A stretch of DNA of 64,000 bases from Mobula hypostoma (Eukaryota): assembly GCF_963921235.1 (NCBI RefSeq), contig NC_086097.1, positions 135,596,001-135,660,000 of the forward strand, read 5' to 3'. The notes below the pieces were generated by a model. That model ran no database searches and had not been told where the DNA came from. It saw only the letters and a list, made by a program, of their open reading frames with translations. This document shows positions 39,016 through 50,599 of this stretch, piece by piece; position 1 is the first letter of the stretch, and every line of letters begins with the position of its first letter. The position numbers and the translations under genes were made by a program.

Positions 39016-40684
39016 ACCGCAGTCCCTGATGAACTTGTGAGTCCATGGGCGGGACCTCAATGCTGGCAGGCTGACCTGTCAATCTCACTGCTGGGAACAC
39101 GATTCCCCCGGCGAGGTCATTACCGAGCAAGTCTTCCACGCCTTTTATCGGTAATTCGGACCTCACCCCGATCGTGACTAGTCCAGAGACCAGGTTGCTT
39201 TGTAAGTGTATCTGGTGCAAAGGGATTGCCTCTGTCCCTTCCCCAATACCTTTGACCTTGACCTCCCCAGTCTGGGTCTCTGAGCTAAACTCTAATACAC
39301 TCTTTAGTATCAGTGACTGACACGCTCCCGTGTCTCTCCAGATCCGCACTGGAACTGGTTTTAACCCCTCCTTCACCGACACCAATCCGGCCGAGATAAA
39401 CCTCTCACGCCCTTCCTGAACTTTGGCAGACCTGTCCTGTCCTAGCGGTTCGTTTACCAGCTCGATACAGCCAGTCAAAATTGCCGTTTTTCCTTTTCCT
39501 GTCTCCTTCTTTGGGGCAAAGCACCTGGACGCAAAGCGTCCGACTTTCCCGCAATTATAACAGACGACCTCAGGAGACTTCCAACCAGACTGCTCCCAGT
39601 CTACCTTATCCTTCTCACTAGTCCCCGGCTTACTTTCTGACTTTTCTGGTGGACTCTCCCCGCCGTCCTGACTACCCTTCTGGTAGCCTTTACTCGGGGC
39701 AAACTTCATTTTATGCGTCAATGCATACTCATCCGCTAACTTAGCAGTTGCGGCTAACGTGGCTGCCTCTTTCTCATCTAGGTAGGGTCTCATACCCTCA
39801 GGGACACAACCTTTAAACTGCTCAATCAGGATCAGCTGTAACAGTCTGTGATAATCCCCCTCTACCCCCTTCAAGGCGCACCAACGCTCACAATATGTCT
39901 GCATCTCACAGGCAAACTCTAAATATGTGCGGTCCCACTGCTTCCTCGCATTCCGGAACCTCTGCTGGTATGCCTCCGGGACCAACTCATAAATCCTGAG
40001 GATGGCCTCTTTCACCACCTCGTACCTCTGGGCATCTTCCGCGGACAAAGCTGAGTAAGCTTGTTGGGCTTTCCCTTTCAGTACACTCTGAAGCAAAACA
40101 GCTCACTTATCCCTCGGCCAGTCCTGACTTGTAGCAACTTTTTCGAAATGGAGAAAGTACCGATCCGCGTCGGTATCGTCAAATGGGGGAACCAGCCTAA
40201 CCTCCTGGGTTGCCCGGAACCCTCCACCTTGGTTCGGCACGGGCCGCTGCTCTGCCCTTATCCTTAACTTCTCCAGCTCGAATTCCCTTTCCCTCTGTTT
40301 CTCCTCTCGCTCCAACTGTCTCTCTCTCTCTCTCTCTCTCCTGCCTTTCTAACTCTTTCTCTTTCTTTTGCCTTTCTAACTCTCTCTCCTTCTCTTCTCG
40401 CTCCAACTGCCGTACCCGGAACTCGTGCTCGAGTCTCAGTTTTCAAGCTGCACCTGTACCGCGTCCCCGGCAGGTTTTTCAATAGACACCACCTCCAGCT
40501 CGCCTTGGGGAAACACACCTTTAGATACATAGTGCTCTACGATAGCCCTGTGTATCTCCTCTCTCCTCATTGTTGACTTCCCCTTAGCAAGAGCCAACCG
40601 TTTGGCCACAGCTACCAATTCCGATTTCCTGGCATCCTCTAATGCCTCCAAGGTCGGCGCCTTTATAATTTCCTCAGCCTCCAT
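39014..40684 (-). pseudogene. gag (coiled coil, SCAN-related capsid, zinc knuckle) plus aspartic protease; frameshifts and one stop
   Basis: LVPPFDDTDADRYFLHFEKVA...W; AILRIYELVPEAYQQRFR; LILIEQF; CYNCGKVGRFASRC; IWRDTGACQSLI; LLGNDL. Confidence 0.9.
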
Positions 40685-40760
40685 TTCTGCTGTTTGTCTT
40701 TTCTTTCTTTCGGGAATTTTGACCCAATCAATTTACTCTGTCCCAAATTTAGCGTTCAAA

Positions 40761-40778
40761 ATCCCGGACGAGCCCCCA
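40761..40778 (-). other. Primer binding site, tRNA-Pro
   Basis: Minus strand TGGGGGCTCGTCCGGGAT, the 18-nt complement of the tRNA-Pro 3' end, 4 nt downstream of the 5' LTR. Confidence 0.9.
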
Positions 40779-40782
40779 CTTA

Positions 40783-41662
40783 TGTTACGTACCCTGTAAC
40801 TGGGTCGCCAAACCAGCAGCAGATCACTCAGTTGGAGTCTGGATTACTAGAACTAAGAAAGTTTTATTAAAGAAACAAGCAACACAGTACTCTAATCAAA
40901 AGGATAATGAATGCAACAGTTCAGCAATGATAAACATACATGTACACAGAATTAAGATAACAGGATCAATCAAGCTCTATCATTGTCTAGGGGTAAATGA
41001 CCAGTTTCAAAGTGATGCAAAGTTCAGTTCAATTTAGTTCAGTTCAGTTCGCAGTAATCGCTGCTGTGGTGATGGACAGTGGGGGGGGGGGGGAGGAGAG
41101 AGAGAGCAAAACGAATGGATATTCAAAACGGCTTTCACACAGACCTTCGCAGTCAGCTTTCGGGCGAGTCCTTTGTGATGTCATCTGAGGTCACCGAGTG
41201 TGACCCCCTGCGTTTCCAGATACGATCGTTTCTCTGCGGTGAACCTGGCACCCAGGCAAGGGTGGACACACACCAGGTTCCCGCCGATCGTGCCTTTCCA
41301 CCCTGTGCGTCTATGGCCTGGTCCCGCAACCGGCCTTCCAAAACTTCCCACCGACTTGTGAGAGACACACCGCTTCCAGGGTCTTGTTATCTCGGGTGTC
41401 GTGTGTGTCTTGCCTTAGCGAACCTGTCCCTTTTTATCCCCCTGCTGGGGTATCGCCTGTCCATCACTTCAAATAGTTCGGGTTTCAAAGGGGGGGGGCC
41501 GCTCTTGACAGCTCTCCTTCCCCTTCATTAACATCTCCAAATGCTGCTCCATTGTTTTCCTTATCTCTCTCTCTCCTGAAGACAGGTGGCAGACCAACTG
41601 CTGATCCCACTGGTGCCAGCCCAGGCCAGCTAACATCTTAATCTATGTGTATTCTTGTCACA
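40783..41662 (-). repeat. 5' LTR (880 bp)
   Basis: Direct repeat of 36735-37612 with scattered substitutions and small indels. TATA-like gataaaaagg on the minus strand near 41430. Confidence 0.95.
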
Positions 41663-42669
41663 AGCTAGTGAAATAATTCTCACAAACTTTGATACACCAG
41701 ATATGCTCTCAAAATTTCATGGCCTTGCTGTCTTTGCACTAGTTTCAAAGTACAAGCATGAAAATCTTTAACATGAAATTGGCCTGTATTATTAATCAAA
41801 ATATGTAAAAATGATGAAATTTTATATTGTAACAATACTCAGGTTAACTTTGCATGTCAGGAATATGTGGTTCGAATTTTCAACTAGCAATGTCCTTTTC
41901 CTATCATACGAAACTGCAGAGAGTGGCGGATTCTGTTCAATACATCACAACACATCCCTCCCCACCATTAGTCGTATTCTTAGGAGGCGATGCTTAAGAA
42001 GGAATAATATCTATCATCAAAGATCCCCTCCATATAGGCTATGCAGGCAGCTTGTAGTGACCATTGGGCAGCAAGAACAGAAGCCTAAAGCCCCACATCA
42101 GCAGGGTCAAGAACAGCTGCTTCAACCATTTGGTTCTTGAGCTACCTGACACAACTTTAATCATGAGAGTATAACAACACTATGGTCATTTTGATTACTT
42201 TGCACTAAAATGTGACTTTTTGTTCTCTCTCATCTTACCTCTAATCTTTCAGCCTTTACTTTGCACAAGCATGCCCATATCATTAAGAAATATAGATTTA
42301 TTCAAAGTGTCAGTTAGATTATTGCCAAGTCTTTCCTTACTCACTTACCTGACACTTCACAGTTCCCAAGATGGTGGGCCTTTGAGTTTCCAGATCATTT
42401 GCATTAAACTTTCTTTTCTTCATTCAGGACAGGCCTCTGGTTAATGTTTGCTAGTAGCAGAGGGAATTCCTCACCATTGGAATTGGAAGCTTGACCAGGA
42501 AGACGGAGAAAATTGCCTGTGCTCAGACATTGGCATCACAAGCGCCCGAGTTCCACTGACATTACATGGAATTGCAAGTACAGCCTGGTGCCCCTCCTGA
42601 ACACTTGCTGAGACCACCACCGCATTTGCTAATGTATGATGCACGTTTGGGACACTGCAGCTAAAACAG

Positions 42670-42900
42670 TGGCTGCCTCACCACTGCTGCAACCTGGGTT
42701 CAATCCTGACCTCTCTGGAGTTTGTGTGTGCCCGTTGTGGAGCCTTCTCCCATGTTCAAAATATGTGTGGCTTAGTGGATTAATCAGCCCCAGTAAAAAT
42801 TATCCCAACGTGTAGGTAAATGATAGGATCTGGGTGGAACCCATGGGAGTCTAATTTGATTGAAACGCAATCAGTGTAGATTAGCATAAATGGTTGTTGA
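42670..42900 (+). mobile_element. Decayed tRNA-derived V-SINE
   Basis: gctgcctcac...ctgggttcaatcctgacc (B-box-like)...tggagtttg...ttaat...gtgtagg. Confidence 0.45.
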
Positions 42901-43160
42901 TGATCTGATAAGCCTGATAATTATATATAGGTCCTCCCCAAGTTATGAACACCTGACCTACACACAGCCTGTACATAATTAACATTTGGGAGACTGATAG
43001 AATGGATTTGCCAGCTGCTGTGGTACTGAAGTTACCTTCTCCCATGTGGGAACTTGGTTTGTGACATTTCCAACTTGAGAGATAATTAATTTTTGGTCTA
43101 GTACCGGGTCAAACTGGGTATCACACAATCAAGAAGTATCTTGGATTATGGAGGATAAAG

Positions 43161-43161
<1 letters not shown>

Positions 43162-43204
<43 letters not shown>
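43162..43204. repeat. (AC)n microsatellite
   Basis: Perfect dinucleotide run inside the R4/Dong remnant. Confidence 0.95.
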
Positions 43205-43206
<2 letters not shown>

Positions 43207-44433
43207 ATTGAAGAGATGCAAATATCTGAAGTTACAATGGACATGCTGAAGGAAGTTATAAAAAATACTCACAACTGGAAAAGTACTGCAAGTGATAATT
43301 ATCATAATTATTGGTATAAAAATGTACTTGCCTTCATCTGTAGCTATCAGTGCATATCAGCAATTTTGTTAAAAATCCTAAAAACGTGTCTGAATTTTTG
43401 ACAGAAGGTAAAACATATCTTTCATCTAAAGGGGGAAAATCATAAAAGATCCATTAAAATATCATTCAGTTACTGGTTTAAAAACTATATATCAAATTGT
43501 AACATCATGCATCTTGCAACTAATCACCACAATATACTTACAGAAGAGCAGAAAGTTTGCTGTAAGGGTATGAGAAGATGTAAAGAGCAATTGATGGTAG
43601 ATACTGTAATTCTAAATCAAGCCTAGTCCAAAAGCAGCAATCTTTCACGTTTCTATATTGACTAGCAAAAAGTATTTGACTCTGTCCCACATTCATGATT
43701 AATAGAAGTTCTTAATATATATAAACTACACCCAATACTTGTAAAATTCCTTCAACATCTGATGAAACATTGGAGTACCATAATCACTATCTATTAGCAA
43801 CCAAAAAAGAATAACCACCATTATCAACATAAACCGAGGCATTTTCCAAGTCGACTCTCTAAGTCCGCTATATTTCGGTCTAGTTTTAAACCCGCTCTCT
43901 AATTTACTGAATCTGAAGAAAATTGGGTATCAAATCAGAAACAACCAAATGAATTATTCCTTGACTCACCCTCTGTACTTGGACAGTTTGAAATTATGCG
44001 CTCCTTCATCAGTTAAGCTAAAGCAATTTATTCAAATAGTAGAACTATTTTTGAAAGATATGAACATGATCTTTGGCCTGCATGAATGCAGAGCATTAAA
44101 CATAGAGAAAGGTGCAATAGAGCTAGTAGAATACAAAACAGAGCAGCAGGATACAAAACAACCAATGGATGAATATGAAACATGTAAGTGTCTGGGATAT
44201 CAACAAGCAAAGAAAATAGATCATAGTGTGTTAAAGGAAAAATCTTTTGACATAATTTACTTCAAGGCTTAAGAATATCTGCCAAACAGAGCTCAACAGT
44301 AAAAGTATAACAAAGGCAATAAACACTTTCACTATACCCATATTAACGTATTCTTCAGGCATAATATCTTGGTCCAAAAGTGATCTGGAAAATGTAAAGA
44401 CTGAAATGAAAATTTTAGCAAACATTATGTACA

Positions 44434-44543
44434 TTAGGGCTATGGGCAATCCTAGTAATTTCTAAGGTACGGATATGTTCGGCGCAACTTTGTGGGCTGA
44501 AGGGCCTGTATTGTGCTGTAGGTTTTCTGTGTTTCTATGTTTC
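44434..44543 (+). mobile_element. Short CR1-type 3' tail inserted in the R4/Dong element
   Basis: gggctgaagggcctgtattgtgctgt...tttctatg tail. Flanking repeat tatgtaca (44426-44433, 44544-44551). Confidence 0.7.
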
Positions 44544-44689
44544 TATGTACACTTGAATGCACTTAGATAAACACTACCTCGGATAGAAGGGGGAAAGAGG
44601 AATAACAGACAAAAAAAACTACACGACAGTCAGATATAACTTCTAAGGATATATTTTCATCAACAAGAACAGGATTTAGTACTTGTATT

Positions 44690-45200
44690 AAATACCTAAA
44701 TTAAGAATAGTAGGGCAAAAACAGAAACGAAAAAGTGAGGAAATATTCAGGGGTTCAATGTCTGTTTAGGAATCGGATGGCAGAGGGGAAGAAGCTGTTC
44801 CTGAATCACTGTGTGTGTGTCTTCAGGCTTCTGTACCTCCTTCCTGATGGTAGCAGTGAGAAGAGGGCATGTTCTGAGTGATGGGGGTCCTTAATAGTGG
44901 ACACCACCTTTTGGAGGCGCTGCTCCTTGAAAATGTTTTGGATACTATGGAGGCTAGTAACCAAGATGGAGCTGACTAATTTTACAGCTTTCTGTAGCTT
45001 CTTTTAATCTCATGCAATAGAACACCCATACCGGAGAGTGATGCAGCCGGTCAGCATGCTCTCTACGGTACATCTATAGAAGTTTGAGTGTTTTAGGTGA
45101 CAAACCAAATTTCCTCAAACTCCTGATGAAACATATCTGCTGTCTTGCCTTCTTTATAGCTGTGCTGATATGTTGGGACCAGATTAGATCCTCAGAGATA
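44690..45200 (-). mobile_element. Rex1/Babar-type LINE 3' fragment
   Basis: Colinear with 10400-10860. Confidence 0.7.
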
Positions 45201-47199
45201 CAGCCTGGCCTGTTGAGTTCCTCCAGCATTCTGTGTGTTTCTCCAAAATAAAAAAGTCATTCAGATTTACTCCACTTCCAAACACTCACACATTTCTAAT
45301 AGTGGGATAAAATGTTTCCCTCACCCACTGCTGGTTCACTTAGTCCAAGTTCTTTCTGTCACCCTTTTCTCAAGAGCTTGGTAAGGTAACAGTTTAAAGA
45401 TGGGGAAGGTTTCTGCCTCCATCACTCAGGTGGTGAATTTCTGACCCCCACCATTTCCCACAGTGCTCCCACAAATAAAATATGTGTCGAGTAAGCTCAC
45501 TACCCAGCAATGACTTACATATAGTTCCAGTGCCAAGAAGAAAATTCAATTTACACTCTGTGAGGATAGGCATCTTTTAACCTCCATTAGTGAATGCCTC
45601 ATGAGTAAATGACAGAACTACTTAACACTCTGGTCGCGGCTGAATTTGAATGTTGTAGACTGCAAGTCTGTTATGTTTGAGTAAATTCACTTTGACTGAT
45701 GCAGTCTGGGGCAGGCGCCAGACCTGTGCAACGAACGGTTAGTCAAGTTGTACTTGGACACCAGTCTTGCTGCAGATGTTATTCCCTATTGGAGGCAAGG
45801 AGTAATTCACAGAACGTGTCAAAAACATCAGACAGCATTAGATGGGGCTGTCAGCTATGTACACTATTCCTCTTAATTACCTTAGACTGACTCGTTAACT
45901 GCCCAGCCACAGACACACAAATAGCAGATGGTACATACATGTGTACATTAAGGCTTGGATTAAAAGCCTTGCTATCCCAGAGAGGCTCAGGAATGTGATA
46001 GCAGAAGGCCATTCAACCCTTTACAGTTAAGCCTTGGTTCAAAACTTTCAGAAAGACCCAAGTTAATTTGCAAACTTTGCATGTAATTCAGTGACTTCGC
46101 TGCTGCGCAAGGTGTGGTATGATCACACTGTATAAAGGTGTTCTTCCTACAGTGGAAAAGTATGAAGAGGGGCATCCCACAGAATAGGAAGGAGTAATTA
46201 TCAGAAAGCCTGAACTAGGTGGGAGGACCTTTAAAATTGTGAAGGGGTTTACTAGGGTGGAGGGTGGAAATGTTTGCACTTGTGAAGAAGACCAGGTGTT
46301 GAGGTCACTGACAGCAGTAAATCCAGAAGGGATATCAGGAGTAGTGGAAACTGAAACTCATGAGGGCAGGAACTTAAAGAGAAACTGGAAGGTTATGGTG
46401 ATTGAGTGAGGGGGACACACGTGGAGCACAAACACCAGCACAGGGAATGAGAGTTGCCCATTTCAGAGCTGTGACAGTGATGCTGTTCCATGTTACTTCT
46501 CTCACCTCACTGACACCATCTCACTCTTGACTCCATCTCAGCTGGTTATGGTGCACTGATGTGATGGAACCTGCAAAGAGTGGTAGACACTATCCAGTCC
46601 ATCACAGGCTTGTCACTTCCTTCCATCCAATCCATCTTCGTGGAGCATTGCGTCAGGAAGGTCAATAATGTCACCAAAGATGCCTGGCATGCTGGCCGTT
46701 CCCTTTTCTCTCTTCTACCTTCTGGGAGAAGACGCTGAATACTGAGTTCCTAGATGTCCAGATCTAAGAACAGCCTTTTCTTAACATGTCACATTTTTGG
46801 ACTCCAATTCTCCCTCTGTCAGATATTCCATTATTGTCAATTCAGCCTTCCCTTCCACATGCCCTCATAGTGCACTATGACCTTGGCATGATTTTATGGG
46901 TTTTGTACTTGTCATTGTATCTATTATCTCTATGTATACTGTTTACTCTTTACTCTGTGAGTGCTTCACGTGAGTAAGAAAATACTATGCACCCTGGTGT
47001 ATATGACAATAAACCAATAGCGTCTCATTTAAAGGAAACACCAAAGATCTGACAACATACCCCAACCAACACCTCTGGCAACACAAGAATAAGACGGTCT
47101 CCAATGGAACAGACTGGTGAGGATCAACTCAGCATGAGACAATGGGGAAAAGAGGAGGCCACCAAATCCTTTATCCTCCCACCCAGCCCCCCTACTGAC

Positions 47200-48750
47200 A
47201 ATTGGTTTATTACTGTCACAAGTGCTGGGATACGGTGAAAGTTTTTGTTTGTCTGCTATCCAGAGGTATACACTAATGTAGTAGAAATAGAAAAATAATC
47301 ACAGAATGCAGAATATTATGTTATGGGTACAGAAAATGTTCAAAGTTCAAAGTAAATTTATTATCAAAGGATGCATATGTTATCATATACTACCCTGAGA
47401 TTCATTTTCTTGCTGGGATTCACAGTTGAAAAGAAATACAGTACAGTTTTATGAAAAACTCCACCAAGGCAAAGACTGACAAACAACCAATATGCAAGAG
47501 AAGACAAACTGTGCAAATAAAAAATAATATTGAGAACATGAGTTGTAACGAGTCCTTGAAAGTGACCTTGTAGATCGTAGAATTAATTCAGAGCAGTGGT
47601 GAATGAAGTTATCCACACCGGTTCAGGAGCCTGATGGTTGTAGAGTAATAACTATTCCTGAACCTGGTGACGTAGGACCCAAGGTTTCTGTACCTCCTGC
47701 CCATGGTAGTATCGAGAAGAGGGCGCGGCCTGGATGGTGGGGTCTTTGTTGAAGGATGCTGCCTTCTTGAGGAAGGACCTGAGTCACCCCAACCACAATC
47801 TATTTCAGCTGATACCAACTGGGAAACGGTACCGCAGCATAAAAGCCAGGACCAACAGGCTCCAGGACAGCTTCTTCCACCAGGCTATCAGACTGATTAA
47901 CTCATGTTGATTTGACTGTATTTCTATGTTACATTGACTGTTCTATTTATTATAAATTACTATGATTGCACGTTGCACATTTAGACAGAGACGTAACGTA
48001 AAGATTTTTACTTCTCATGTATGTGAAGGATGTAAGAAATAAAGTCAATTCAACAAATGCCACACTGAGCTGGATTGAGAAATCAAGAGTTCATCTTTGT
48101 CATTTAAGAGGTCTGTTCAAGGGTCTGATAACAGTGAGGTAGAAACTGTCCTTGAGCCTGTGCACATACACTCAATGGTCACCTTATAAGGCATACCTGT
48201 ACACCTGCTCATTAATGCCAAAATCTAATCAGCCAATCTTGTGGCTGCAACTCAATACATAAAAGCATGCAGTTATTGTCGAGAGGTTCATTTGTTGTTC
48301 AGATCGATCATCAGAATGGGGAATGAATGGGATCTAAATGATTTTGACCGTGGAATGACTGTTGTTGCTAGACAGGTGGTTCGAGTATCTCAGAAAAATG
48401 CTGATCTCCTGGGATTTTCAAGCACAGTCTTTAGACTTTATAGAGAATGGTGCGAAAAGCAAAAAAAAATCCATTCTCTATTCTCTATGTGAAAATGCCT
48501 TGTTAATGAAAGAGGTCAGAGGAGAATTGCCAGAATGGTTCGAGCTGACAGGAAGGCAACAGTAACTCAAACAACCAGACATTATAACAGTGGTGTGCAG
48601 AAGAGCATCTTGAAGTAGTTGGGCTACAGCAATAGAAGACTACACATATACACTCAGTGGCCACTTTATTAGGTACAGGAGGTACAATGAGTGTATTTTC
48701 AAGCTTTTGTATCTTCTGCCTGATGGGAGCATGGAGGAGAGAGAATGATT
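47200..48750. mobile_element. Nested stack of Rex1/Babar 3' fragments (both strands) hosting a Tc1 derivative
   Basis: Minus-strand tails at 47200 and 47340; plus-strand tail 47787-48052 ending aataaagtcaattcaa; the host resumes at 48696. Confidence 0.55.
48169..48693 (+). mobile_element. Non-autonomous Tc1/mariner derivative with transposase N-terminal (HTH) remnant
   Basis: TA|cactca...tgagtg|TA. MGNEWDLNDFDRGMTVVAR...ADLLGFSSTVFRLYREW, then RGQRRIARMVRADRKATVTQ. No DDE domain. Confidence 0.8.
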
Positions 48751-50049
48751 TGGGTAGGAGAAGTTCTGACCGGAAGAGAGAGACACCACTGCTAAACACG
48801 TAATACAAGCTGGCAGTGTAGTGTTGTAGCAGGCTGCTTACCCTCTCACCTGGTGAGGTGGTAGGTGGGACCATCCTAGGGAGAAAAACATCTCAGACAA
48901 AATGTGCTTCTTTGTGTCTAATGACCAAGCTTCACCTGCCCTCCATACATGCTTTCTCCTGTATTAGTGACCAGGATGTACAGTTGCTCATTAATAATTA
49001 AATCAAATTGCAAAGAAAATACAAGTAGGACATTTAATATTACAATATTCATTGCAAGCTCTTATTTGCTTTTGACTTCAAATTCAAAAGCTTAATGGTG
49101 GTTTCAAAAAGGAGAACACATCAGCTATTGTTCATTACTCTCAGGACTGTTCTATCTGAAGTAAATGTGTTTTCTTGGCTGAGAAAAAGTGACAAAGTTT
49201 TGATTTTATTATGGCTATGCACCCTCTGAGGGTTAAGGAAAATGTTGGCTTCAAAATATTATTTTGGACAACATAGAAGAACTAGAAATGCTGGAAAGTA
49301 CTAGCAAAGCAGCAGCATGGAACTTATTTATAACATTGTTAAGTAATCTCCCATGGAAGTGTTCACAGGGATCTGAAACACAAATGTAATGCTTGGCTGT
49401 TAACATCCTTCTGTAGTTAACTCTATGTGGAAGTGTTTGATATTGGCTTTCAGTTTAATTGGAGGCTAAATGTTGGCACAGGTACTTTGGCTCCTTGTAA
49501 TTTCAATAATTATTCCTAGAAACCCTAGGTTCAGATCTGAAGTCTACTGGGAAGTTATGTTCTCATTTTGTGCTTGTTTTATGTAAAAGATTGATTGTAA
49601 GTTGCTTATTTGCAATGCCAATAGATAGCAGTTTTGCCTGTAGAGCATTTGGGTCAATCTTTGGGAGTGTATTGTCTTAATAAGTGCACAGGTGAAAAAA
49701 AAGAGCTTCTTGATGCTCTCATGGGCCTGGTAGCAGTAGGCAAGACCGCCAATTATGGAGGCATGAAGATGAGGGTAGGTCTCAAGATCAGAGGGTTGTA
49801 GGGCTGTGGGTGGTGACAGAGAATAGGGAAAATGGAGGGATTTTAACATGAGTATTTAAAATTTGATACGTTGTTGGATAGGAAGACATAAGCAAAGTGA
49901 AGATGAATTCTTCGTCATATTTATGCCGAAGCCCTTACTTGTTTGAAACCCACCCATTCCACTAGCCACTTCATCTACACTCCATGGCTGGCTGTGAAGC
50001 TGCTCTGTATGTCTGTCTGTCTGTCTGTCTGGCTCTGTATGTCTGTCAG

Positions 50050-50226
50050 GACTGATGAAGCTGAGAGATTCCGAAGTGGGAGATTGCTTTGGAAGCCATC
50101 ACTGAAACTGCCTTGGACCTGCTTGATTGTGATATTTCCCCCTAAAGTTGATGAAATAATGGTCTATCATCTTGAACTAGTACAAGGCTCCTTCGGAAAT
50201 TTACTTCTTCATCAAAATGATGGCAG
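50050..50226 (+). other. Candidate 177-nt symmetric exon of an unidentified host transcript
   Basis: (tgtc)n-rich tract then CAG acceptor, and CAG|GTATGT donor. One frame is open (TDEAERFRSGRLLWKPSLKLPW...QNDG). Product not recognised. Confidence 0.3.
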
Positions 50227-50599
50227 GTATGTTGAGCTGTGTGGTGCCTGAAACTAAAGTTCTTACTGGATGCTTCAGAAGGTGATGAGTTTAAGGTGCT
50301 TCTTTGAATCATAGAATTGACCAATGGGGAAACAATGCCTTTGCCCCTTCTTGTCCATGCCCTCCAAGCTGTCTACTTGATCTAGTTCCATTTCCTCATA
50401 ATTGGCCTGTATCACTCTGAATTTTTCCCATCCATGTACCTGTCTAAATGACTTTTAAAAATGTTGTCATTGTAATCTTAGCCTGGAAGCCCACAAGTGA
50501 CCGTGAAAAGTTATGCTAGATGCTGTTTCAGATATGTTGCTAGTCTTCAATCATTAGGTAATTGCATTCAGTTTAAACAGACAGACTGTACAGCCTGAA

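Larger units (their letters stand above)
36735..41662 (-). mobile_element. Gmr1-like Ty3/Gypsy LTR retrotransposon, structurally complete, non-autonomous
   Basis: Two TG...CA LTRs, 4-bp TSD agct (36731-36734, 41663-41666), PBS, PPT, gag-PR, then remnants in INT-RT-RH order. Confidence 0.95.
43068..44680 (+). mobile_element. Decayed R4/Dong (Rex6-like) non-LTR retrotransposon, RT region
   Basis: NFWSS..SHNQEVSWI; HNWKS..DNYHNYWYK; EEQK..CKEQLMVD; VFDSVPHS; RGIFQVDSLSPL; THPLYLDSLKL; DMNMIFGL; TLPRIEGG. Many stops and frameshifts. Confidence 0.75.

Noticed and set aside
39014..40096. Domesticated SCAN/Gag host gene
   Set aside because: Enclosed by LTRs with TSD, PBS and PPT; the upstream gag has frameshifts and a stop, and the zinc-knuckle His is mutated.
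43162..43204. (AC)n as the target site of the R4/Dong element
   Set aside because: Element-like coding sequence (NFWSS...SWIMEDKE) continues upstream of the repeat, so the microsatellite expanded inside the element.
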